Positions 51,968-60,726 of a stretch of 64,000 nucleotides of DNA are shown piece after piece (positions within the stretch are counted from its first letter, which is position 1; every line of letters begins with the position of its first letter). Origin of the DNA: a virus. Its lineage: Duplodnaviria > Heunggongvirae > Uroviricota > Caudoviricetes. The notes beneath the pieces are model-generated. The model ran no database searches. It had not been told where the DNA came from and was given only the letters and a program-made list of their open reading frames with translations. The stretch spans positions 36,425 to 100,424 of the IMG/VR virus record IMGVR_UViG_3300046474_000274; one strand, 5' to 3'. Made by a program: the position numbers and the translations under genes.

Positions 51968-52004
51968 GCTCCATAGCTGTTTGCGCGGCTATGGAGCCTT
52001 TTCG
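51968..52004 (+). terminator. terminator after the 1205-aa fibre gene (GCTCCATAGC..GCTATGGAGC then CTTTTCG)
   Basis: 10-bp stem plus short T-run; embedded in a TAGCTA array. Confidence 0.65.
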
Positions 52005-52064
52005 ACGCCCTCGACAAAACGCCCTCTCCGCGCTATCCATCAGAAAGAACGGATGAGGAACGCT

Positions 52065-52298
52065 ATGACGATCCGGCTGCCAAGGCACATCACACCATAT
52101 CCAGACCGCGACCTCGACTGCCAGCAGGCGCTGGAGGATACCTTCCGGCATATCCTCAAACTGGCCGAGGCTTCCGGCTGGGATAAGGCAGAGGCAGCCC
52201 ACGCCCTCCAGGAGCTCGCCTTCGCTCACCTCGCGGCCGAGGAGGAGAATGTCCGAACCACGGTTGCCATGATCCAGGCGGGCCTGACCAAGCATTGA
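52065..52298 (+). CDS. hypothetical protein
   Basis: In frame with ORF 51981..52298; GAGGAA RBS. Confidence 0.45.
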   Translation: MTIRLPRHITPYPDRDLDCQQALEDTFRHILKLAEASGWDKAEAAHALQELAFAHLAAEEENVRTTVAMIQAGLTKH

Positions 52299-52328
52299 TA
52301 TTTAACCAATCCCTGATGTAATGGCTGG

Positions 52329-53357
52329 ATGGCAAAACCACCCAGGAAGCCGCGTGCGATTGGCCTGCAGAAGGACACCGAGGGACCGCTGAAGAGCGGC
52401 ACCACCCGGCGCGCTGACTTTAAAAAGCCCCAGCTCCTGCTCGACCCGATGCCTGCTCGTGTTGAGCCCTGCCTCGCCGAGCTGTCAGCCAAGCCACCCA
52501 AGGGCGACCAATGGGGCTACGAGATCAAGTGGGATGGCTACCGCGGCCACATACACCGCGAGCCGAACGGCATCCGGATCCTCACCAAGAACGGGCACGA
52601 CTGGACAGCCAAGTTCCCGGCGATCGCAGAGGCAGCCCTCGCCCTCAGCCCAACCACCTACATCATGGATGGCGAGATCGTGGTGTTCGACGAGGAAGGG
52701 CGCTCCGACTTCAACCTCCTCGTTAGCTCGCTTGGTGGACGTGCAGGCCACAGGGCAGCCCCGGACGCGATGTTCATGGCTTTCGACCTCTTCTACCAGA
52801 ACGGTCACGACCTTCGCCGGATGGAATACGGCTCGAGGCGTCACATCCTCGAGCAGGCACTCGACGGTGCTGCCGGCGCAATTAGGCTCTCGGAAGAGTT
52901 CGAAGCCGACCCGGACGACCTCTTTCGCCACGCCTGCAAGCTCAACCTCGAAGGCATCATCGCCAAGGACAGAGAGGCACCGCACACACCGGGCAGAGAG
53001 GGCACCTGGCGCAAGATCAAGTGCGTGCAGTCCGATAGCTTCCGGATCATCGGCTACGAGCCCTCGAGCTCGCCTGGCGCCATAGCAAGCCTCTTGCTGG
53101 CACAGGACGACAACGGCACCCTCACCTATGTCGGCGGGGTCGGCACAGGGCTGAAGGAGCGGGATCACCGCACCATCAAGGCACAGGTCGACAAGCAGAA
53201 GATCGTAAAGCCCCTCACCCCGGTCAACACCAGCCGGAAGAACCTCGTCTTCACCAAGGCCACCCTCTATGCAGAGATCGCCTACAGGGGCTGGACAGCA
53301 GACCGGAAGCTTCGCCATGCCTCGTTCAAGGGTCTCAGGGATCCCGAAGACCTCTAA
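52329..53357 (+). CDS. ATP-dependent DNA ligase
   Basis: ORF track; motif I YEIKWDGYRG (KxDG); OB-fold C-terminus. Confidence 0.85.
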   Translation: MAKPPRKPRAIGLQKDTEGPLKSGTTRRADFKKPQLLLDPMPARVEPCLAELSAKPPKGDQWGYEIKWDGYRGHIHREPNGIRILTKNGHDWTAKFPAIAEAALALSPTTYIMDGEIVVFDEEGRSDFNLLVSSLGGRAGHRAAPDAMFMAFDLFYQNGHDLRRMEYGSRRHILEQALDGAAGAIRLSEEFEADPDDLFRHACKLNLEGIIAKDREAPHTPGREGTWRKIKCVQSDSFRIIGYEPSSSPGAIASLLLAQDDNGTLTYVGGVGTGLKERDHRTIKAQVDKQKIVKPLTPVNTSRKNLVFTKATLYAEIAYRGWTADRKLRHASFKGLRDPEDL

Positions 53358-54590
53358 TAGGTTGCACCACAACCTTTACATACAACCTTCCACATGACAA
53401 GGTTTGTCAGGTCTAGGCCCGGCCAGGCCATTAAAACAGGTATTCGGCCAGCCCAAAACGTAAAGGTCAGGCAAGGCTAAAACCCACCTTCTCTGGGACC
53501 AACCTTGACAGAGTTTTACCTTTTCTTGACAAAAACACCCGAAATCGCAAATTTCGGCAATCTGTCAAGTTAAGCAACAGCTAATCCTCGATCTCGAAAA
53601 CAGACATAGAGACTCGCTGACGCGATCCCTGACATAGAGATGAGTCACAGAGCGTCAGACACGACCCTCGCACTCACAGACGAGATATGAGCGAACCCTG
53701 GAAGCTCGGGCACCAAAGGGTCAAAACATATTCGAGCATCACGACACCCATAGAGAGGGAGACACATAGACGGGTAGCTAGATGGCTATAGAGCTAGGTG
53801 TGACCATAGAGAGGTGACGTGCGTATAGAGGGAGACAGTGCGTCGGGGTGTGCCTGGGGTGAGTGCCTGCGTGTGGAGAGGGTGCGTAGGGTAATCGTCG
53901 AGAGGAGGTAGTAGGCCGCGCCGCGGTTTCCCACGGTCGCACACGGACACCCATCACCTCCCGCCCCAGACCACGCCAATCCACGGAGACGCACGGCGCC
54001 CGACCCCTCGCCTGCCCTGATTGCACTCCATGCTGCCCTGAGCTAAACGTCAATCATCGAATTCGAGCGCTGTCACCCGGAGCGCTCTTGAGCGGAGCAG
54101 TCATGCTCCCGCTTTCTTCGTAGTTGCTGATCTCGCCGTCGGGTGCGAGCGAGACACCTAATAGGCGCGTCTGGTCCGAAATGGCCGGCGCGCCTTCTTT
54201 TTGGCATTTCGGGGAACGGGGCGCATCTGCCTCACCGGAGAGTAGGAGCCCTCACCCATGGACTGCCGTGGAGATCCGCGGATCTCATCACCGGAACCTT
54301 CATTCCCGTCCGCACACCGTCTATACCTTACACCTAATGACAAAGGTATAAGGTATATAATATTTACGATGAACGGACGGGAATGAAGGTTCCGGCATTT
54401 CGTTTCGCCGCGGCTATCCGTGGAGTTCCGTGGGTGTGACCAGTATAGGCAAAGGCTTACCTGCGGGCCGTGGCTCCCGCCCGTGTATTGCCCTCTGCCG
54501 CCCCGTCCCTCACCACTACTACCCCTAGAATTCTCTCTGTATTGTCTAATCATCGAAAGCGATAAAGCTTCGATCTAAACAGCAACACAG
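53358..54590. repeat. 1.2-kb ORF-free region: nested palindrome CTTGACA..CGAAAT-CGC-AAATTTCG..TGTCAAG, seven (C/T)ATAGAG(A/G) iterons, a purine/G-run-rich tract, palindrome GAGATCCGCGGATCTC, and a 20-bp-arm inverted repeat GGAACCTTCATTCCCGTCCG..CGGACGGGAATGAAGGTTCC around an AT-rich core; origin or terminus candidate
   Basis: No ORF with coding GC3; repeats read directly from the sequence. Confidence 0.6.
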
Positions 54591-54604
54591 AAGGAATGAC
54601 CGAA

Positions 54605-55597
54605 ATGACCAAGAAAAACGCAAAGAACACCGCCGTTGTAGTTGCCGATGCTGCTGCACCACTCGATCTTGCCTCTTTCCTCGACCTGGCAGCCGATGCG
54701 ATCGCCGATATGGGCGTTGAAGCAGCCGAACTCGCGGCCAAGGAGCAGGCAGACGCCGACGCACTTGCTGAGCTCGCAGCCCTTGCGGCAGCCAACGAGG
54801 CTCGTCCGCTCGAGACCTTCGAAGGCGAGACTGGCCGCTGGACGCAGACCGATGACGGTCCGGTCTGGACCAAGATCGAAGCTGGCCTCGAGCCCGGCCA
54901 GGTAGGCGACAAGGAGCCGGCCACCGACGGCGACACCGACCTCTCCGACATCGAGGATCCGACCCACGTTCCGGGCGAGCTCAAGACGCTGAAGGGCAAC
55001 TTCACGGCCGAGGAGAAGGAAGGCAAGCGCGACGAAATCATCTCCGAGTTCACCGACCGCAAGGCGTTCGAAGCTGCGCAGCCGGGCATGTCCTCGAAGA
55101 TGCTGCCGAACCTCGAGGCCGAGGAGAAGAAGATGGCGACGATCGGCGCTGCAGGCTTGTTCCTGGCGATGGACATCGACCCGTCCTTCATCAACCGCGA
55201 GGTCTCGACCGGCAGCCGCTTCAACGTCTACGCCTTCCAGAAGGTCAATGACCTGATCGTGGCGCTCGACGGCGGGTTCATGCAGAACGCCATCAACCGT
55301 GCGATCGTGCAGAGCCTGTTCAACTTCCGCGACGCAGGCATTCCCTTCACGGGCACTGCAGCACTCTGCGCCGCGTCCGACAAGGTGAAGGCCGATCGGG
55401 CGATCACGAAGCACCTGGTCCGGCACACGGTCAGCGCCAACACCGCCTCGACCCAGAAGTCGTCGACGATGGTGGCTCTGAAGACCCTCGGCATCGTCAC
55501 CAACTCCGGTGCACGCGGCCAGGAGGTCTGGACCTTGACCGACACGCCGCAGACGCGCCGGCTCGAAGAGGTCGTCCGGGGCAAGATCGCAGCCTGA
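54605..55597 (+). CDS. hypothetical protein with acidic N-terminal half
   Basis: In frame with ORF 54596..55597; rho-independent terminator follows. Confidence 0.55.
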   Translation: MTKKNAKNTAVVVADAAAPLDLASFLDLAADAIADMGVEAAELAAKEQADADALAELAALAAANEARPLETFEGETGRWTQTDDGPVWTKIEAGLEPGQVGDKEPATDGDTDLSDIEDPTHVPGELKTLKGNFTAEEKEGKRDEIISEFTDRKAFEAAQPGMSSKMLPNLEAEEKKMATIGAAGLFLAMDIDPSFINREVSTGSRFNVYAFQKVNDLIVALDGGFMQNAINRAIVQSLFNFRDAGIPFTGTAALCAASDKVKADRAITKHLVRHTVSANTASTQKSSTMVALKTLGIVTNSGARGQEVWTLTDTPQTRRLEEVVRGKIAA

Positions 55598-55608
55598 TAA
55601 CCAGAGGG

Positions 55609-55646
55609 GAGAAAGGGCGCTCGCGACAGCGCCCTTTCTTTTGGGT
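55609..55646 (+). terminator. rho-independent terminator (AAAGGGCGCTCGCGACAGCGCCCTTT then CTTTTGGG)
   Basis: Hairpin plus T-run. Confidence 0.8.
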
Positions 55647-55880
55647 AGGCGGAAGGGCACGGGGTTGGGGAACGGCTTAGGATCAAGGGATCCGTGGTTA
55701 GGAGGAATTGACAGGGGACGGGCTCCACCGATGGCCGTGCCCCGGCCAGGCCCTGAGACCGGCCACCCCTGCCCTACTCCCGGCCATTCCCACGGGAGCC
55801 CGTGGCACACCATCCATCACCGCGAGACACCCGCGACTGCCATTTGCGAAACTCTTCACATCAACAAAGGAGAGTTTCAA

Positions 55881-56018
55881 ATGTTCGACGACCGCAGCTT
55901 CAAGGAAATCATCCTCGACCAACTCAAGGACACCGCGGCCTTTGCTGCCGTCATTGCCCTCGTCTGGGCCATCGCTGCCTGGGCCGTCTACAACGCGCCC
56001 GCACACTTGCCTGTATAA
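55881..56018 (+). CDS. micro membrane protein (45 aa, one TM helix)
   Basis: AAAGGAGAG RBS; in frame with the C-terminus of ORF 55641..56018. Confidence 0.5.
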   Translation: MFDDRSFKEIILDQLKDTAAFAAVIALVWAIAAWAVYNAPAHLPV

Positions 56019-56023
56019 GCCTG

Positions 56024-56052
56024 TAGCTATCTAGCTAGATAGCTAATAATCT
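56024..56052. repeat. TAGCTA palindromic-hexamer array (GTAGCTATCTAGCTAGATAGCTAATAATC); one of about 11 such arrays between 44.3 and 61.4 kb
   Basis: Other arrays near 44294, 51950, 53772, 56710, 57772, 57862, 59022, 59300, 60230 and 61357. Confidence 0.6.
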
Positions 56053-56094
56053 AACAATGCAAACAGCAACTTAGCTCAAAACGGAGATAGCTAA

Positions 56095-56433
56095 ATGTCC
56101 TACCTGACCGAACTCACCACCCAGCACTCGATCGCCGAAGCAGCTCGCTCCCTCGACATCCTGCAGGCGGCTCAACAGCACAAGCTGCCTGCGGACGCCA
56201 AGAAGCACGCTCTGCTCGCAACGGTGATGCGCGAGCATGCTGACCGCTTCCAGCGCCTGGCGACGCAGCAGAGCGTCATGAGCCCGGACGAGTTCTTCAA
56301 GAAGGCGTTCGAACGTGTCCGCGAAATGCGCGCCGACGCAGCCTCGATGATGAAGATCAGGCGCGAGAAGCGCGAGCGTGATGCAGCCGAACGCGCCGAC
56401 GTGCTCGAACAGATGGGCATGATCGCCGCCTGA
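56095..56433 (+). CDS. hypothetical protein
   Basis: ORF track; ACGGAGA RBS; TAGCTA array upstream. Confidence 0.55.
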   Translation: MSYLTELTTQHSIAEAARSLDILQAAQQHKLPADAKKHALLATVMREHADRFQRLATQQSVMSPDEFFKKAFERVREMRADAASMMKIRREKRERDAAERADVLEQMGMIAA

Positions 56434-56991
56434 TCGAACGAACCGCAGCGATGACCGCAGCTCTCATGGGCTGCGGTTGTTTCTGGGCTCGGTCATAGGG
56501 CACGGGCATGGGAGAAGGGGTTTTGGGGAACGGCTTAGGATACAGGGATCCGGCGTCTGGCTGAGGCGGGCTAGGGCACGGACCCCAGGGGCGCGGGGTA
56601 GGGGTCCGCCGAACCCTTGTGACGGGTTCGGCTTTAGGCGTGCCCTGCCCCTTCCGCCTGCCCAAACGAAAGCCCCGGTCCTTGGGAGACCGAGGCTATC
56701 CGTGGATGTGGCTAGGTAGCTATATGGCTATCGAGGTCAAGCCCAGCCGCGGGCTTGCGAACCGGTTGCGATGATGAGGGTCCGGGTGATAATCAAGAGC
56801 CCGTGGCGAGACCAGGTGAACCGTGGGGAGTAGCAAGGGTTCGAGCGGATAAGCATGGTCTGGGCTCCGTGGGGATTTGGGGAACGGGGTGGCTCACCCC
56901 TATGGGTGGTCAGGGGACGCGGCAGGGAGGCGCCGGGCGTCAAGCTAATGTAGCGAGCGCTTATGTAGCGCTCGCTCTTATTAGTGCTTGC

Positions 56992-57588
56992 TTATGCAGC
57001 TATCTCGTCTTCGCTGCTTTCGTCTTCGATTTCGACCTTCGCGGTGTCGAGCTTGAACGCGTCAGCGAGAGCTTGCGCCAGTGACGTGAGGTTGACGGTG
57101 TAAGCGTTTCTCATGTCTGCGCGAGCTTCGATGATGTTCAGCGTCAGGAGCGCGTCTCTGCTCGTCTGTGACTGCGCGGCGATCGTTTCAGGCGTCTGAA
57201 TGATCGCACGACGGTAGACGAGGTGCGTCAAGCTGTCATCGACAGTTAAGTCTCTGCTAATAGACGCTTCGATCATTGCTTGCGTCAGCGGAGCGTCATT
57301 ACGGTAGCAGAGGAGCGCGGTGCGGAAGATCGCATAGGTGTTTTCGTTAAGGTCTTTGGCATTGAGAGCGACGGCTTGAGAAGCGAACTTGACGACTTTC
57401 TCACATGCATAGATGGCGCGTGAGAGACGGTCGGGATCGACGGATGCTTCGGCGAGCATATCGGCGAGCTTTTCGTTAGCGAGCATGGTGGCGAGCTTGC
57501 GCATCTTCTTTTCGTTAGAAGCGGAGCAGTCATTCGTCAGAGCGATGGAGAGACGAGCGACGATTGCAGAGTGATATTCATTAGACAT
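56992..57588 (-). CDS. hypothetical protein on the minus strand inside a lower-GC island
   Basis: ORF track; codon usage is AT-richer than the rest of the window. Confidence 0.6.
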   Translation of the reverse strand: MSNEYHSAIVARLSIALTNDCSASNEKKMRKLATMLANEKLADMLAEASVDPDRLSRAIYACEKVVKFASQAVALNAKDLNENTYAIFRTALLCYRNDAPLTQAMIEASISRDLTVDDSLTHLVYRRAIIQTPETIAAQSQTSRDALLTLNIIEARADMRNAYTVNLTSLAQALADAFKLDTAKVEIEDESSEDEIAA

Positions 57589-57861
57589 TGCTTGGACTTT
57601 CTTCGTTAGCGTTATGAGCGTTGCTTAGCTCGACTTCGAAGCGGTGCTTATTTGCTTGTTTCGCTTCGATGATTTGACTTTATCGAAGTCTTAGATTGGT
57701 TCAAGCGAGCTGATGGGGATGCCTTCTGCGGCCCAGAGATCCGGTGATCGGAACCTCCCATACCTGGCCACGTAGCTATCTAGCCAGGTCCGTTCTCTCC
57801 ACTTCTCCACCCCGGCCGCAGTTACCCCGGTGCCCTATCCTCCTCTGCCATAGCCAGGCAG

Positions 57862-57903
57862 CCAAATAGCCATCTAGCTAGATGTAAGTAAGTGTTTACT
57901 TAT
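57862..57903 (+). promoter_or_regulatory. TAGCTA array followed by the TAAGTAAGTGTTTACTTA palindrome just upstream of the tRNA-Met/Trp pair
   Basis: Carries both motif classes. Confidence 0.5.
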
Positions 57904-57937
57904 CTCTCCAAGGATGCTAGGGATTTCCTATCGTTGA

Positions 57938-58014
57938 CGCGGGATAGCTCAGTTGGTCAGAGCGCTGGACTCATAATCCAGAGGTCGTCGGTTCAAGTCC
58001 GACTCCCGCAACCA
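57938..58014 (+). tRNA. tRNA-Met(CAU) with an initiator-like C1:A72 mismatch; ends ...CCCGCAACCA as in E. coli tRNA-fMet
   Basis: D-arm TAGCTCAGTTGGTCAGAGC; anticodon arm CTGGA-CTCATAA-TCCAG; T-arm GTCGG-TTCAAGT-CCGAC; CCA encoded. Confidence 0.85.
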
Positions 58015-58029
58015 GCCTCCTCGTCGCAA

Positions 58030-58105
58030 GGGTGTGTAGCTCAATGGATCAGAGCAGCGGTCTCCAAAACCAAAGACCAGGGTTCGATTCCCTGCTCACC
58101 CGCCA
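58030..58105 (+). tRNA. tRNA-Trp(CCA)-like; anticodon loop CTCCAAA as in E. coli tRNA-Trp but the anticodon stem has two mismatches
   Basis: Acceptor GGGTGTG/CTCACCC (one mismatch); D-arm TAGCTCAATGGATCAGAGC; T-arm CAGGG-TTCGATT-CCCTG; CCA encoded. Confidence 0.6.
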
Positions 58106-58128
58106 ACTCTAACGTGGTTCGTTGCCTT

Positions 58129-58524
58129 ATGCCCTCTCCCTACAAGAACGCCGTCTGCCGCGGCTCCATCTTCCTCAACACCGGCTGCGGTCATTGCGAG
58201 CGCTGCAAGGAAGAACAGGCACGCATCGCCGAGAAGTCCGATACTCATGAAGCTGAAAAGCTGGATAGCCATGTAGCTACACAGGTCGCTGGCCTGCCGG
58301 TCGCGGGCTACAAGAAGACCCAGCCGCCTCACCTCATCGCGCTCGTCAACGAGAACAAGGTTCTCGAGGAGAAGATCCTTCGCCAGATCGACCTGCACGT
58401 CCAGCGCGGCGCCGAACTCGACCAGCGCTCGGTGCAGATGGCCCGTGGATTGATCGAGGATGCCTTCATGCGGCTCAACCGCGGCGTCTTCCAGCCGCAG
58501 CGCCTCGATGGTGACCTCGAATGA
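58129..58524 (+). CDS. Zn-finger hypothetical protein (CRGSIFLNTGCGHCERC)
   Basis: C-terminal part of ORF 57892..58524; the N-terminal part of that ORF runs across the two tRNA genes and is spurious. Confidence 0.5.
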   Translation: MPSPYKNAVCRGSIFLNTGCGHCERCKEEQARIAEKSDTHEAEKLDSHVATQVAGLPVAGYKKTQPPHLIALVNENKVLEEKILRQIDLHVQRGAELDQRSVQMARGLIEDAFMRLNRGVFQPQRLDGDLE

Positions 58525-59033
58525 GCGTCGTCATCTACGACAGCCAGCGGGGCCTGATGGCTGCTGACAGCCGCGCCTACGGTGGCGATGCGCATCCAAT
58601 CGGTAACAAGATGAAGATCCACCGGATCAAGAGCGGCCCGTTCGAAGGCTGCCTTCTCGGGGTCACCTCGGCCGTGCCCGGCATGGCAGAAGAATTCAGG
58701 CAGTGGGTGACGGAAGGCATGAACAAGGAAGCCTTTGCGCCGACGACGCCGGACCTCGATGCTCTCCTGGTGAACACTGACGGCGAGGTCTACCTCTTCA
58801 GCGATGCCTATTATCCGTCCGGGCCGCTGATGGGTGACGTGTTTACCGTCGGCTCGGGCAAGAAGTATGCGCTTGGTGCCTTTCACGCCGGCGCCAGTGC
58901 CTCCCAGGCCGTCGAGGCTGCGATCGCCTGCGATACCATGTGCGGCGGGCCGGTCGCGACCCTCGAGCTGCATCCCAGGGCCGACCCTGACCAGCTTCCG
59001 CTCGACCTCCCTTCCCCTCGCGTAGCTGAATAG
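58521..59033 (+). CDS. HslV/proteasome-like Ntn-hydrolase family protein
   Basis: ORF track; N-terminal MSVVIYDS; VFTVGSGKKYALGAFHAGA parallels the HslV segment LIAIGSGGPYAQAAARALL. Confidence 0.6.
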   Translation: MSVVIYDSQRGLMAADSRAYGGDAHPIGNKMKIHRIKSGPFEGCLLGVTSAVPGMAEEFRQWVTEGMNKEAFAPTTPDLDALLVNTDGEVYLFSDAYYPSGPLMGDVFTVGSGKKYALGAFHAGASASQAVEAAIACDTMCGGPVATLELHPRADPDQLPLDLPSPRVAE

Positions 59034-59056
59034 CTACCTAGCCAGAAAGCTATTTC

Positions 59057-59263
59057 ATGCTCAAGCACGTCCTCCTGACGCTCAACCTGTTCGCGGCGCT
59101 GATCGTCGTGGCGCTCCTCATTGCATTCGCCGGCGTCGTCATCCCGATCGCGCTCGCGTGCTTCGTCGGCTTCATCCTCTTCCTCTGGCGGATGTCGCAC
59201 CTGGTCGAAGGTGGCTACTTCCTCTGGTGCCGGCTGAAGCGGTTCCCGCGCGAGTTCGATTAA
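59057..59263 (+). CDS. small membrane protein (two TM helices)
   Basis: ORF track; a bidirectional terminator follows. Confidence 0.55.
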   Translation: MLKHVLLTLNLFAALIVVALLIAFAGVVIPIALACFVGFILFLWRMSHLVEGGYFLWCRLKRFPREFD

Positions 59264-59266
59264 ACC

Positions 59267-59299
59267 AAAAGGCCCGGCGATGACCGGGCCTTCCTCATT
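59267..59299. terminator. bidirectional terminator at the strand switch (GGCCCGG-cgatga-CCGGGCC flanked by AAAA and TTCCTCATT)
   Basis: Lies between convergent genes. Confidence 0.7.
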
Positions 59300-59318
59300 C
59301 AGCTATGTGGCTCTGTAG

Positions 59319-59567
59319 CTATTTAGCTTTTTCCTTCTCGACACGCTCCCAGGTCGCGAAGCACTCGATCAGCAGATCCTTCATGTCCATACCGCGCGAG
59401 ACCGCGGTCATTTTGAATCGGGTGTGCCAGTCGCGCGGCATGTTGAAGGTCATGCCGACCAACTTCTCACCCTTCATGTTATTGGCCGCCTCGACCGGCT
59501 TTGTCTGCTCGGGCAGGAAGGCGGTCTTCTTCGGGGGAGGGGCTACCTTGGCACGGCTCTCTATCAT
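59319..59567 (-). CDS. parG: ParG-like ribbon-helix-helix centromere-binding protein
   Basis: ORF track; ...MPRDWHTRFKMTAVSRGMDMKDLLIECF fits the ParG RHH region (HTRFK); ATGA overlap with parA. Confidence 0.65.
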   Translation of the reverse strand: MIESRAKVAPPPKKTAFLPEQTKPVEAANNMKGEKLVGMTFNMPRDWHTRFKMTAVSRGMDMKDLLIECFATWERVEKEKAK

Positions 59568-60217
59568 GCGGCTTCTCCAATAGCGCTGGCGCGATCGACA
59601 ATCTCGGCTGCGAGCAGGTCTGCAACTTCTTCCAGCTTACCCACATGCTTCTCGACCTCAGATAAGGCGTAGCCGTGGTTTTGTGCGCGCTGGTATGAAA
59701 TCTTGGCCGCGATCTCCTGGCGAGCGACATAGAAGCCGGTCGCCGTGGTCAGGTAATCGCGGGCCGCGTTGACCGCGGACTTGCTCTCGGTGATCTTGTT
59801 GAGGACGAAGACGATCCGCTCCTTCGGCACGCCCTTGGCGATGAGCTCCATACCAAAGGCAAGCTGCGGCTCCAGGTCGTCGAGCGGCAGCCCGGTCGGG
59901 ATGACGACCAGGTCCGAGAGGAGGGCGATGTCGAGTGAGGATTGATCGGAGTCCGGTCTGCCGTCGGCAACGACCAGATTGTAGTCCTCGCGGCGCATGG
60001 CTGTCGGCTGGACGAAGGGTGCTGCGTCGATGACGGGCTCGAGGCCGGCCTGCTTGCGGATCTCGGCCCATTTGACCGAGGTGAGCTGCTTCGTGTTGAA
60101 GTCCGCGATCTTCACGGTCCATTGGGCCGTGGCGTATGTTCTGGCAATCAGACGGGCGAGGGTGGACTTGCCAACCCCGCCCTTCTGGGACAGGCATGCG
60201 ATGATCAGGTCAGCCAT
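59564..60217 (-). CDS. parA: ParA/ParF-type partition ATPase
   Basis: ORF track; deviant Walker A LSQKGGVGKST; 217 aa. Confidence 0.85.
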   Translation of the reverse strand: MADLIIACLSQKGGVGKSTLARLIARTYATAQWTVKIADFNTKQLTSVKWAEIRKQAGLEPVIDAAPFVQPTAMRREDYNLVVADGRPDSDQSSLDIALLSDLVVIPTGLPLDDLEPQLAFGMELIAKGVPKERIVFVLNKITESKSAVNAARDYLTTATGFYVARQEIAAKISYQRAQNHGYALSEVEKHVGKLEEVADLLAAEIVDRASAIGEAA

Positions 60218-60285
60218 ATGTCTATGTCCCTATGTAGCTATCTAAGTGGATAGCTACAGGGCTACCTGATTCAGGTTAATGGAGT

Positions 60286-60726
60286 CTATACCGAATAGCC
60301 GCGCATCATCATTTCGCGACGACGTTCCATGTATTCCCGATCCGGAGGACCATCGGCCGGCTCGAACCAGTCCATGTCGAAGATCTCCTCGAGCTGATCC
60401 TTGTCGACCTGTAAGACCCGGTAGCGGTAGTCCTTGCAGTCCTGCGCGAAGTTCTCGATAACCTCGCACTCCTCCTTCGAGACGCCGTGCTTCTTAAACA
60501 CCTCTGCCTCGAATTCAGGGCCATACTCAGCAAGGTGAAGATTGTCGATCCGGAAATGAGCCCATTCGATCGACAAGCGCAGCTCGCGCACCGCTTCGAA
60601 AGTGGGCAAGGCTCCAGAAGCGGCGAACGAGACTTCGGGCGCGATCGCGATCCTGTGTTCGCGCTGGCCGGGGCGAGGGGAGATCTTAGCCTCCCCAACC
60701 CGGCGATTGCCGAGATACACCTGCAT
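60286..60726 (-). CDS. hypothetical protein
   Basis: ORF track. Confidence 0.55.
   Translation of the reverse strand: MQVYLGNRRVGEAKISPRPGQREHRIAIAPEVSFAASGALPTFEAVRELRLSIEWAHFRIDNLHLAEYGPEFEAEVFKKHGVSKEECEVIENFAQDCKDYRYRVLQVDKDQLEEIFDMDWFEPADGPPDREYMERRREMMMRGYSV

Noticed and set aside
57892-58128. N-terminal 79 codons of ORF 57892..58524
   Set aside because: They read straight through the tRNA-Met and Trp-like genes. Only the part from ATG 58129 is kept as a CDS.
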